A stretch of DNA of 64,000 nucleotides, taken from positions 32,862,001 through 32,926,000 of the forward strand of contig CM059432.1 in NCBI GenBank assembly GCA_030390025.1, given 5' to 3'. The position numbers were made by a program, and so were the translations under genes. Of this stretch, positions 26,896 through 38,401 are shown piece by piece (positions within the stretch are counted from its first letter, which is position 1; each line of letters begins with the position of its first letter). The stretch comes from Squalus acanthias (taxonomy: Eukaryota). The notes under the pieces were generated by a model. The model had not been told where the DNA came from. It made no database searches and saw nothing but the letters and a program-made list of their open reading frames with translations.

Positions 26896-28265
26896 TTTTC
26901 TCCTGCCATGCTACTTTGCATTGCTGGTTACCCGTTGCCCACCATTAATCACTCTCTCCCCACAAATCCTATTGCCACCCATCAGCCTGGCCCCAAAGGT
27001 TACAGACTGTTATCCCATTTTACCTCCGATACACCTCCATAGCCCAGTCTGTCACGATCCAGCACAACACATCACATCCTCAGCAGTTTACAAGTTATGT
27101 CTTCACTGGAGAAAACTGTAGGGCCTGCAAACAAGTGCTTCAATGCATTTTCAGGACTGCACATTAAACTGACAGTGAAATGCTGCCCCCCAAAGCGTTT
27201 GTGCTCCTAATCACTGGTCAGCCATCCCCTGCTACAAATACACGCATGGGCCCTACAGGAGTGAGCTCGACGAAGATGCTCCCTAGTTAAGTATCCCACT
27301 GCCACCCACCGTTGAGATTCCCATGTGAATAATGGCTACTTGGGCAAGCACCGGCCAAGCTCACGTACTGTATAAAATGAGTCAACGTCTTCAGGTGGGA
27401 AAAGAGAGAGAAAACGGACAACACAATGTGAAACTGCCCAATCGGAGATGGACGGACGGGGACCCCGCTGAGACTTCCTTTGAGATTTTTTTCTCTCTGG
27501 GGGAAAAGTTCCAGGTTTGAACTTGAACCCAGGTTAATTTCTCCCCCCCTCACCACATTTTCACATCACCCTGCAAGCAAAACTATTGTGATGTAGGAAA
27601 TGCAGCAACCGATTTGCAAGGTCCCACAAACAGCAATGAAATAAATGACCAGATAATCTGTTTTAATGATTTTGCTTGAGGGATAAATATTGGCCAAAAC
27701 ACCGGAGGGAAGTCCGCTGCTCTTCTTCGAAATAGTGCCCTGGGATCTTTCGTTCACCAGATAGGCACAAGGGAGTTAATGGGAGGTTAGAAAAAAATTC
27801 TTCACACAAGAGGGTGGTTAGAATGCAGGATTCTGTCAAAAACTGCTGTTGAAGCAGAGTCCATAAATTGTTTTAAAAAGGAATTTGCTTCTTGGAAAAA
27901 AAGGAACATTGAAGTGTTTGGGGAGCGAGGAGAGTTGGAAACAGTGCAGAGCTTTTTTTGTGCTGCAACATTCTATGGCCACCAGATTTGTTTTTTTTTT
28001 AATTTATAACAGCGGCACAGCATATACTGCAGATTCCAACGGCAGCCACAAGGGCAGTGTTGAAACAGAAATCACTAAAACAAGTCAGAGGGTGACACCC
28101 TAAAACTGTACAGTGCTCCAGTCAGATTTCACCGAGAAGGCCATGTTCAATTCTGGTCAACAGGATATAAAAAGAGAAATGTTGAAGCCCTGGAGATGGT
28201 GGGAAAGAAAAGCCAGGAGGCTGTCATTGCCCGGTGTCAGAGGTTTCAGGAAACACTGTAGAAAT

Positions 28266-28474
28266 AAAAACAGAAAATGCTGGAAATACTCAGCAGGTCA
28301 GGCAGCATCTGTGGAGAGAGAAACAGAGTTAACGTTTCAGGTCGATGACCCTTCGTCAGACCTGAAATGTTAACTCTGTTTCTCTCTCCACAGATCCTGC
28401 CTGACCTGCTGAGTATTTCCAGCATTTCCTGTTTTTATTTCAGATTTCCAGCATCCGCAGTATTTTGCTTTTGT
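28266..28474. mobile_element. Penelope-type terminal-repeat inverted insert with a minimal hammerhead core
   Basis: Inverted arms; 14-bp direct repeat AACACTGTAGAAAT at 28252-28265 and 28475-28488; minus strand reads CTGACGA-stem-GAAACGTT. Confidence 0.7.
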
Positions 28475-28912
28475 AACACTGTAGAAATGTTGGCTTTCCA
28501 ATCTTGGAAGGGTAGAGCAAAGAGGTAACCAAGACATCACAACATTACACAAAAGGTAAATCTGGAATACCTCTCTTCTCTGGAATAAACTCTTACATTA
28601 GGACTGGGAGGCACAGGTCCAAACCAGTAAAAGGTAAATTTAGGACTGATATCAGGAAGTTCTTTTTGACTGAATGATTGACATGGGGAAAGGACCACTG
28701 GGCAAGACAATTGAAGCAAAAGCCCAAGGATCATTTAACAGCTTGGATGCCATGATGGGTGGGATTGTAGGTTCTTTATGGATGGACTAGATGGAAAGGG
28801 CTTGAATCCGCCTTGATCCATATCTACCTTGTGAAACAAGGTCACTGCACCAATGCACAGCACCACCAAGTGGTCAGAATCAAGTACTACAACAGAACCG
28901 GCATTTTAATAA

Positions 28913-29344
28913 AACAAAATACTATAGACACTGGGAATCTAAAACAAGAACAGGAAATGCTGGAAACACTAAGCAAGTCAGGTACAACATCTGCAGAGAG
29001 AAGCAGAGTTAAAAGGAGGCATGATGAAAGAAATTAGAAAAATAAAAGATAAAAATAAGAGACATATCTGGTTCTCCTAAAGGTCATTTATTTTTCCTCA
29101 TTCTTCGTTTGGACTTACTAGTTACTATCATGTCTGTCGATTAACCATCTTCTGTTCTACATTGAATACTTGACAGCCCATCTTTTCCTTTTCTTGTCTA
29201 TCTGTCTTTTTTACTCCCTCCTCCCTCGCTCAGTTAATCTGTAATATTTTCTGGTTCTGATGAAGGACAATGTGTCTGAAATGTTAACGCTGCTTCTCTC
29301 CACATACCCTGGTGTTACCAGCTTTTTTTTTGCTTTTGTTTCTA
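28913..29344. mobile_element. Older Penelope-type inverted insert with a hammerhead core
   Basis: 11-bp direct repeat CATTTTAATAA on both flanks; plus strand CTGATGA 29257-29263 ... GAAA 29278-29281. Confidence 0.6.
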
Positions 29345-29804
29345 CATTTTAATAAGATTGCGACAAGTTACATTCTGTCTTTAATATACCCAGTCGTTCC
29401 AACACGGGTCGCAAACGGAGCAAAAATTGGAAGACGCTTAAGGGAGGTGACCATAAGAACGGTCAAAGAGATAGACCCTGAGGAGGCTTTTGAAAGTCGG
29501 GAAAGATATAGCAAGAGATAGTTGAGTGGTTGAGAGTGGGTCATGGAAGCGTACAGATAAGTGTGATGAGGGCCCAGGAGAAGAGAAGCTGCAGAGTATT
29601 CTGGATTTGAAACTGGAGAGAACCAGGAGACCGAGGGAGCGGAGCAGTTTTGGAGACTGTGAAATCTACAGATTTCCTTCCACTCGTCAGTCAGAGATGA
29701 GGATGGAAGAGTGGAGTTGGAAGGTTGAAAGAAGTGATTGTGGTGGAGGAGAAGGCTCTGGTTGTCTTTAATATCCACGACTATCCTGGAAGAGTAGGTG
29801 TATT

Positions 29805-32432
29805 GTAGTGTAGCAGTTACAGTATCGGAAGGAGTGGCCCTGGGAGTCCTCAACATTGACTCGGGACCCCATGAAGTCTCATGGCTTCAGGTCAAGCATG
29901 GGCAAGGAAACCTCCTGCTGATTATCACCTACCGCCCTCCCTCAGCTGATGAATCAGTACTCTTCCATGTTGAACACCACTTGGAAGAAGCACTGAGAGT
30001 AGCAAGGGCACAGAATGTACTCTGGGTGGGGGACTTCAATGTAGCACCACTACTGACTGAGTCCTGAAGGACATAGCTGCCAGTCTGGTCCTGCGACAGG
30101 TGGTGAGAGAACCAACACAAGGGAAAAACCCATTTGACCTCGTCCTTAACAATCTACCTGTCGCAGGTGCATCTGTCCATGACAGTATTGGTAGCAGTGA
30201 CCACCGCACAGTCATTGTGGAGACAAAGTCCCGTCTTCACACTGAGGACACCCTCCATCGTGTTGTGTGGCACTACCACCGTACTAAATGGGATAGATTC
30301 AGAACAGATCTAGCAGCTCAAAACTGGGCATCCATGAGGCGCTGTGGGCCATCAGCAGCAGCACAATTGAATTTCACCACAATCTGTAACCTCATGGCCT
30401 GGCATATCCCCCACTCTACCATTACCACCAAGCCAGGGGACCAACCCTGGTTCAATGAGGAGCGTAGAAGAGCATGCCAGGAGCAGCACCAGGCATACCT
30501 AAAAATGAGGTGCCAACCTGGGGAAGCTGCAACACAGGACACATGCATGCTAAAAAGCGTAAGCAGCATGCTATAGACAGAGCTAAGCGATCCCACAATC
30601 AACGGATCAGATCAAAGCTCTGCAGTCCTGCCACATCCAGTCGTGAATAGTTGTGGACCATTAAACAGCTAACGGGAGGAGGCTCCATGAATATCCCCAT
30701 CCTCAATGATGGTGGAGCCCAGAACGTGAGTGCAAAAGACAAAGGTGAAGCGTTTGCAACCATCTTCAGTCAGAAGTGCCGAGTGGATGATCATATCGGC
30801 CTCCTCCTGCGGTCCCCACCGCCACAGAAGCCAGTCTTCAGCCAATTCGATTCACTCCACGTGTTATCAAGAAACGGCTGAGCGCACTGGATACAGCAAA
30901 GGCTATGGGCCCAGGCAACATCCCGGCTGTCATGCTGAAGACTTGTGCTCCAGAACTAGCGCGCCTCTAGCCAAGCTGTTCCAGTACAGCTACAACACTG
31001 GCATCCACCCGACAATGTGGAAAACTGCCCAGGTATGTCCTGTCCACAAAAAGCAGGACAAGTCCAATCTGGACAATTACCAGCCCATCAGTTTTCTCTC
31101 AATCATCAGCAAAGTGATGGACGGTGTCGTCGACAGGGCTATCAAGCAGCACTTACTCACCAATAACCTGTTCACTGATGCCCAGTTTGGGTTCTGCCAG
31201 GACCACTCGGCTCCAGACTTCATTACAGCCTTGGTCCAAACATGGACAAAAGAGCTGAATTCCAGAAGTGAGGTGAGAGTTACTGCCCTTGACATCAAGG
31301 CAGCATTTGACCGAGTGTGGCATCAAGGAGCCCTAGTAAAACTGAAGTCAATGGGAATCAGGGGGGAAAACTCTCCACTGGCTGGAGTCATACCTAGCAC
31401 AAAGGAAGATGGTTGCGGTGGTTGGAGGGCAATCATCATAGCCCCAGGACAACGCTGCAGGAGTTCCTCAGAGCAGTGTCCGAGGCCCAACCATCTTCAG
31501 CTGCTTCATCAATGACCTTCCCTCCATCAGAGGTTCGCTGATGATTGCAGTGTTCAGTGCCATTCACAACTCCTCAGATAATGAAGCAGTCCATGCCTGC
31601 ATGCAGCAAGACCTGGTAGACATTCAGGCTTGGGCTGATAAGTGGCAGGTAACATTCACGCCACACAAGTGCCAAGCAATGACTATCTCCAACAAGTGAG
31701 AGTCTAACCACCGCCCCATTACATTCAATGGCATTACCATCGCCGAATCCCCCAGCATCAACATCCTGGGGGGGGTCACCGCTGACCAGAAACTTAACTG
31801 GACCAGCCACATAAATACTGTGGCAACAAGAGCAGGTCAGAGGCTGGGTATTCTGCGGCTCACCTCCTGACTCCCCAAAGCCTTTCCACCATCTACAAGG
31901 TACAAGTAAGGAGTGTGATGGAATACTCTCCACTTGCCTGGATGAGTGCAGCTCCAACAACACTCAAGAAGCTCGACACCATCCAGGACAAAGCAGCCCG
32001 CTTGATTGGCACCCCATCCACCACCTTAAACATTCACTCCCTCCACCACCGGCGTACCGTGGCTGCAGTGTGTACCATCTACAAGATGCACTGCAGCAAC
32101 TCGCCAAGGGTTCTTCGGCAGCACCTCCCAAACGCGCGACCTCTACCACCTAGAAGGACAAGGGCAACAGGCGCATGGGAACACCACCACCTCTTGGTTC
32201 CCCTTCAAGTCACACACCATCCTGAGTTGGAAATATATCTCCGATCCTTCATCGTCGCTGGGTCAAAATCCTAGAACTCCCTCCCTAACAGCACTGTGGG
32301 AGTACCTTCACCACACAGACTGCAGCGGTTCAAGAAGGCAGCTCACCACCACCTTCTCAAGGGCAACTGGGGATGGGCAATAAATGCTGGACTTGCCAGC
32401 AATGTCCACATCCCATGAACGAATAAAAAATA
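29805..32432 (+). mobile_element. CR1-group LINE (family B), APE + RT ORF2, decayed
   Basis: TYRPPS, WVGDFN, SSDH, QFGF, ALDIKAAFDRVWH; A-tail. Confidence 0.92.
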
Positions 32433-32599
32433 ATTGGACTAGCAATTCTGGTCATGAGCTCAAATCCCATAATCAGTGAAATTGAATTCAATGAATGTGG
32501 TCATTTGTGCAAGATTTTAACCAATCCATAACACTGGCTGCAACCCGAAGTTAAACCTGCTGTAAATACCCATTTGTGTTTAAAATGATAAAGCGATTG

Positions 32600-33590
32600 T
32601 GACTTGCAGGCTGTTTCCAGTGGGGTTCCACAGGCCTCAGTACTAGGTCCCTTGCTTTTTGTGGTATATATCAATGATTTAGACTTAAATGTAGGGGGCA
32701 TGATTAAGAAGTTTGCAGATGATATAAAAATTGGCCGTGTGGTTGATAGTGAGGAAGAAAGCTGTAGACTGCAGGAAGATATCAATGGACTGGTCAGGTG
32801 GGCAGAAAAATGGCAAATGGATTTCAATCCGGCGAAGTGTGAGGTAATGCATTTGGGGAGGGCTAACAAGGCAAGGGAATACACAATAAATGGGTGGATA
32901 TTGAGAAGTGTAGAGGAACAGAGGGACCTTGGAGTGCATGTCCACAGATCCCTGAAGGTAGCAGGCCAGGTAGATAAGGTGGTTAAGGCATACGGGATAC
33001 TTTCCTTTATTAGCTGAGACATAGAATATAAGAGCAGGGAGGTTATGCTTGAACTGTATAAAACACTAGTTAGGCCACAGCTAGAGTACTGCGTACCGTT
33101 GTGGTCACCACATTACAGGAAAGATGTGATTGCACTAGAGAGGGTGCAGAGGAGATTTACGAGGATGTTGCCAGGACTGGAGAATTTTAGCTGTGAGGAA
33201 AGATTGGATAGGCAGGGGTTGTTTTCTTTGGAACAGAGGAAGCGGAGGGGAGACTTGATTGAGGTGTATAAAATTATGAGGGGCCTAGATAGAGTGGATA
33301 GGAAGGACCTATTTCCCCTAGCAAAGAGGTCGATAACCAGAGGCATAGATTTCAAGTAATTGGTAGGATTAGAGAGGAGCTGAGGATAATATTTTTCACC
33401 CAGAGGGTGGTAGGGGTCTGGAACTCACTGCCTGAAAGATGCAGAAACCCTCATTGCATTTAAAAAGTCCTTGGACATGCAATTGAAGTGCCATAGCCTA
33501 CAGGGCTCCGGACCAATGGGGAAGACAGTGGCACAGTGGGAATAGTCTTCGATTGTTCCAGCCTCTTTCTGTGCTGTAAACTTCTATGGT
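32600..33590 (+). mobile_element. CR1 LINE 3' fragment
   Basis: SGVPQxSVLGPLLFVVYINDL, KFADD, LVRPQLEYC. Confidence 0.9.
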
Positions 33591-33647
33591 TCAGGACTTA
33601 CTCATCTTAAATGAAGCTCGCAGATTGTATCATTACACAGCCAAATA

Positions 33648-34545
33648 CAACACAACAACATGCATTTATATAGCACCTTTAACATAGTAAAAACATTCCA
33701 AGGCACTTCACATGAGCATTATCAAACAAAATTTGGCACCGAGTCACAGAGATATTAGGACAGGTGACCAAAAGCTTGGTCAAAGAAGTAGGCTTTAAGC
33801 ACAGCATCTTAAAGGAGGGAGAGGTAGAAAGGAGGAGCAGTTTAGGGAGGGAATACCAGTGCTTGGGGCCTAGATAGCTGAAGGCACGGCCGCCAGTGCT
33901 GGAGTGAAGAAAATCAGGGATGCACTTTGGAGGAACACAGAGTTCTGGAGGGGTTTACAGCTGGAGGAGGTTACAGAGATAGGGAGGGGCAAGACCATGG
34001 AGGGATTTGAACACAACTCTGTGAATTTTAAACTTGAGTTGTTGCTGGACCGGGAGGCAATGTAGGTCAATGAGCACAGGCGTCTCGGCTTAACGGGATT
34101 TGGTGCGAATTAGGATACAGCCAGCAGAGTTCTGAATGAGTTCAAGTTTACAAATGATGGAAGATGGGAGGCCAACCAGGAAATCATTGTAATAGTCGAG
34201 TATGGAGGTAATAAAAGCACCATTAGGGTTCCAGCAGCAAATGGGTTGAGGCAAGGTTGGAGACAGGCAATATTACAGAGGTGAAAGTATGCAGTCTTTG
34301 TGATGAGAGGATATGAGGTCAGAAGCTCAGCTCGGGGTCGGAAGCTCAGATCAGGGTCAAATAGGGCGCCATGGTTGCGAACAGTAGAGTTCAGTGGCAG
34401 GGGAGGGGGATGGAATCGGTAGCTAGGGAATGGAGTTTGTGGCGATGCCCAAGACAATGGCTTTGGTCTTCCCAATATTTAACTGGAGAAAATTTCTGCT
34501 GGATGTCAGACAAGCAGCATGATAAATCAGAGGAAGAGTCGAGAG
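33648..34545 (-). mobile_element. L2-clade LINE 3' fragment
   Basis: LQLNIGKTKAIV, ITKTAYFHLxNIA; (TTG)n tail. Same family as 5912-6585. Confidence 0.82.
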
Positions 34546-34554
34546 AGCGTTCAA

Positions 34555-35760
34555 GTACCCTCTTCCCCATCTCAGCACAGTCCACAGGAAGCCCCGTACC
34601 CTCACCCCAATCACAGTCGAGCCCACAGGAAGCCCCGTACCCTCTCCCCAATTCCAGCACAGTCCACAGGAAGCCCTGCACCCTCTCCCCAATCTTCAGC
34701 TGGCACAGGAAGCCCGTACCCTCTCCCCAATCCCAGCACACTCTGCAGGAGGTCCCGTACCCTCTCCCCAATCTCAGCACACTCTGCAGGAGGTCCCGTA
34801 CCTTCTCCCCAATCCCAGCACACTCTGCAGGAGGTCCCGTACCCTCTCCCCAATCCCAGCACACTCCGCAGGAGGTCCCGTACCCTCTCCCCAATCCCAG
34901 TACACGCCGCAGGAGGTCCCGTACCCTCTCCCCAATCCCAGTACACGCCGCAGGAGGTCCCGTACCCTCTCCCCAATCCCAGCACACGCCGCAGGAGGTC
35001 CCGTACCCTCTCCCCAATCCCAGTACACGCCGCAGGAGGTCCCGTACCCTCTCCCCAATCCAGGACACTCCGCAGGAGGTCCCGTACCCTCTCCCCAATC
35101 CCAGCACACTCCGCAGGAAGTCCCGTACCCTCTCCCCAATCGCAGCACACGCCGCAGGAAGTCCTGTACCCTCTCCCCAATCCAGGACACTCCGCAGGAA
35201 GTCCCGTACCCTCTCCCCAATCCAGGACACTCCGCAGGAGGTCCCGTACCCTCTCCCCAATCCAGGACACTCCGCAGGAGGTCCCGTACCCTCTCCCCAA
35301 TCCCAGCACACTCCGCAGGAAGTCCCGTACCCTCTCCCTAATCCCAGCACACTCCGCAGGAGGTCCCGTACCCTCTCCCTAATCCCAGCACACTCCGCAG
35401 GAAGTCCCGTACCCTCTCCCCAATCCCAGCACACTCCGCAGGAAGTCCCGTACCCTCTCCCTAATCCCAGGACACTCCACAGGAAGTCCTGTACCCTCGC
35501 CGCAATCCCAGCACACTCCACAGGAAGTCCTGTACCCTCTCCCTAATCCCAGGACACTCCACAGGAAGTCCTGTACCCTCTCCCCAATCCCAGCACACTC
35601 CGCAGGAAGTCCCGTACCCTCTCCCTAATCCCAGGACACTCCACAGGAAGTCCTGTACCCTCTCCCCAATCCCAGCGCACTCCGCAGGAAGTCCCGTACC
35701 CTCTCCCCAATCCCAGCAGAGCCACAGGAAACCCCGCACCCCAACACATCCCGCAGGAAG
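34555..35760. repeat. ~41-bp minisatellite (~28 units; GTACCCTCTCCCCAATCCCAGCACACTCCGCAGGAGGTCCC) at the start of ELP6 intron 1
   Basis: Visible tandem array with 39-41 bp variants. It accounts for the long repetitive ORFs in several frames. Confidence 0.97.
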
Positions 35761-35786
35761 TCTTGCGCCAGCAGCGAAGGCTTTAC

Positions 35787-35840
35787 CTGCTCGCACGTTT
35801 CGGGAGTTGAATGGAGAATGTCATTCAGCTCTGGGAACAT
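35787..35840 (-). CDS. ELP6: Elongator complex protein 6, coding exon 1 (MFPELNDILHSTPETCEQ)
   Basis: ATG at 35840, 54 nt, ends CAG|GTAAAG. Peptide resembles the recalled human ELP6 N-terminus MFVELNNLLNTTPDRAEQ. CpG-rich region directly upstream. Confidence 0.93.
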
Positions 35841-35844
35841 CTTT

Positions 35845-36135
35845 GAAGCTGAGACTCGGAGTCTCCCGCTGAACCTCAATTACCGGCAGGTGGCGTGACA
35901 GCATCACCCAGACAGGCGGCTCCGACTCCTCGCCCCGGGGGGACACGTGACTCCGCCCAGCGTCTCCAATCGCTCGCACGCGTAACCCCAGTGACGCAGT
36001 TCCATGCGTCAAACGTCATCTTGGGTGAGTGGCTCCGCGCGTAATTTACGTCACAAGCCAGGCTGCGTCCCTCGGAACAGGATTGCGTCTTAAAGAGGCC
36101 GACCCCCAAATTCCCGGGGGTGAGGGCGCCATTGG
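35845..36135 (-). promoter_or_regulatory. CpG-rich ELP6 promoter / 5' UTR
   Basis: High CpG density just upstream of the ATG. E-box CACGTG 35944-35949, GC box CCGCCC 35953-35958, CCAAT 35966-35970, CRE-like ACGTCA 36013-36018 and TTACGTCA 36046-36053, CTCF-like CCGGCAGGTGGCG 35883-35895. Motifs identified by eye only. Confidence 0.7.
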
Positions 36136-36524
36136 CAGCTACAACCAGATATATGGGCCGGATCCCCGTCCCCTAACTCAAAACAAAGAACTCCTGTCAA
36201 CCCCCACCTCCATTGAGGACAAAGCTGGCTTTCCGACATGTGGCCACTGATGATAAAGTAAACCCCCACACCTATGAAAAATTTGCCCTTCCCCTTACAA
36301 CTGAAGACAAACTCGCCCTTCCCTTTCCCCTTCCCCATTGTGGACAAACTGGGCTTTTTTTTAAAATTCATTCACGGGATGTGAACATCGGCAACAAGGC
36401 CAGCATTTATTGACCATCCCGAATTGACCTCAAAGCTGGTGATGAGCTGCCTTCTTGAATTCAACTGAGTGACTTGCTCGGCAATTTCAGAGGGCAGCTA
36501 AGAGTCAAACACATTGCTGTGGGT

Positions 36525-36793
36525 CAGGAATCACATGAGGAGAAACTTCTTCACTCAGAGGGTAGTAAATCTATGGAATTTGCTACCTCAGAGAGCTGTG
36601 GAAGCTGCGACATTAAATAAATTTAAAACGGAGATAGACAGTTTCCTAGCTGATAAGGGAATTAAGGGTTATGGGGAGTGGGCAGGGAAGTGGACGTGAG
36701 TCTAGGTTCGGATCAGCCATGATCCTATTGAATGGCGGAGCAGGCCCGAGGGGCCATATGGCCTACTCCTGCTCCTACTTCTTATGTTCTTAT
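36525..36793 (+). mobile_element. CR1 3' end inserted in an antisense SINE-like repeat (36360-36955)
   Basis: MRRNFFTQRVVNLWNLLP and (TTCTTATG) tail. Confidence 0.8.
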
Positions 36794-36957
36794 ATAGGCC
36801 AGACCGGGTAAGGGTGGCAGATTTCCCTTCCCTAAAGGATATTAGTGAACCAGATGGATCTTTCCAACAATCTCATGGTCACCATTAGTGATACTAGTTT
36901 TTTATTCTAGATATATTTAATTGAATTTGAATTCCTCAGCTGCCATGGTGAGATTAA

Positions 36958-38035
36958 AGTGAGAAGTCGCACAACACCAGGTTATAGTCCAACAGTTTTA
37001 TTTGAAATCACAAGCTTTTGGAGCTGCTGCTCCTTCGTCAGGTGAAGTGAAGGAATACGAATCGGCAAAGCATATATAGACAGAGAACAATGCCTGTGCA
37101 GCGTACAATGTCAGACAATTACAGTTAATCTTTCTGACTGCCTTTTATCACACCTCGGCAGAGAGACAATCAGGTCAGTCAGGAAGGCATTATATCAAAG
37201 ACATAATCAGGTCAGTCAGGAAGGCATTATATCAAAGACATAGCACAATACAGCTAAGACAATGAGGTGGGGGTCACAGGGGGTCTAATGTGTCAAATGC
37301 TGCAGTCTGTGTGGAAAACCATAAACTTTAAACTTTTTACTTTTTTTACTGGAAATCACATCTGTGAACAAGCCAACGACGACTCAAGTCTGGATGACTC
37401 TACGTCATGTAGCGTGACATGAACCCAAGATCCCGGTTGAGGCCGTCCTCATGGGTGCGGAACTTGGCTATCAGTTTCTGCTCGATGATTTTGCGTTGTC
37501 GTGTGTCTCGAAGGCCGCCTTGGAGAACGCTTACCAGCAGATCCGAGGCTGAATGTCCTTGACTGCTGAAGTGTTCCCCGACTGGGAGGTAACAATCCTG
37601 CCTGGCGATTGTTGCGCGGTGTCCGTTCATACGTTGTCGCAGTGTCTGCATGGTCTCGCCGATGTACCATGCTCCGGTGCATCCTTTCCTGCAACGTATG
37701 AGGTAGACAACGTTGGCCGAGTCACATGAGGATGTACCATGTACCTGGTGGGTAGTGTCCTCACGTGTGATGACGGTATCTGTGTTGATGATCTGGCATG
37801 TCTTGCAGAGGTTGCCGTGGCAGGGTTGTGTGGTGTCGTGGTCGCTGTTCTCCTGAAAGCTGGGTAATTTGCTGCGAACGATGGTCTGTTTGAGGTTAGG
37901 CGGCTGTTTGAAGGTGAGTAGTGGAGGCGTGGGGATGGCCTTAGCGAGGTGTTCGTCGTCATCGATGACATGTTGATGGCTGCGAAGAACATGGCGTAGT
38001 TTCTCCGCTCCAGGGAAGTACTGGACGACGTAGGG
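36958..38035 (-). mobile_element. Penelope-like element 3' portion with GIY-YIG endonuclease remnant and terminal repeat
   Basis: Minus strand CDSANVVYLIRCRKGCTGAWYIGETMQTLRQRMNGHR...EQKLIAKFRTHEDGLNRDLGF; terminal repeat shared with the 49953 and 54195 inserts. Confidence 0.9.
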
Positions 38036-38390
38036 TGTCAGAGATATTAAGGGAAACAGATAGAGAGAAACTATTTCCGCTGGTTGGAGAGTCTAGGACT
38101 AGGGGGCATAGACTAAAAATTAGAGCCAGACCTTTCAGGAGTGAAATTAGGAAACACTTCTACACACAAAGGGTCGTAGAAGTTTGAAACTCTCTTCCGC
38201 AAACGGCAATTGATGCTAGATCAATTGTTAATTTTAAATCTGAGATTGATAGCTTTTTGTTAACCAATGGTATTAAGGGATATGGGCCAAAGACGGGTAT
38301 ATGGAGTTCGGTCGCAGATCAGCCATGATCTCATTGAATGGCGGAGCAGGCTCGAGGGGCTGAATGGCCTACTCCTGTTCCTATGTTCCC
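38036..38390 (+). mobile_element. CR1 3' end fragment
   Basis: Close to 22990-23345. Confidence 0.85.
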
Positions 38391-38401
38391 CCGCTGAACA
38401 C

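Noticed and set aside
34371..35796. Long ORFs (up to 391 aa) on both strands
   Set aside because: They result from a stop-poor 41-bp minisatellite; the translations are periodic and lie in ELP6 intron 1.
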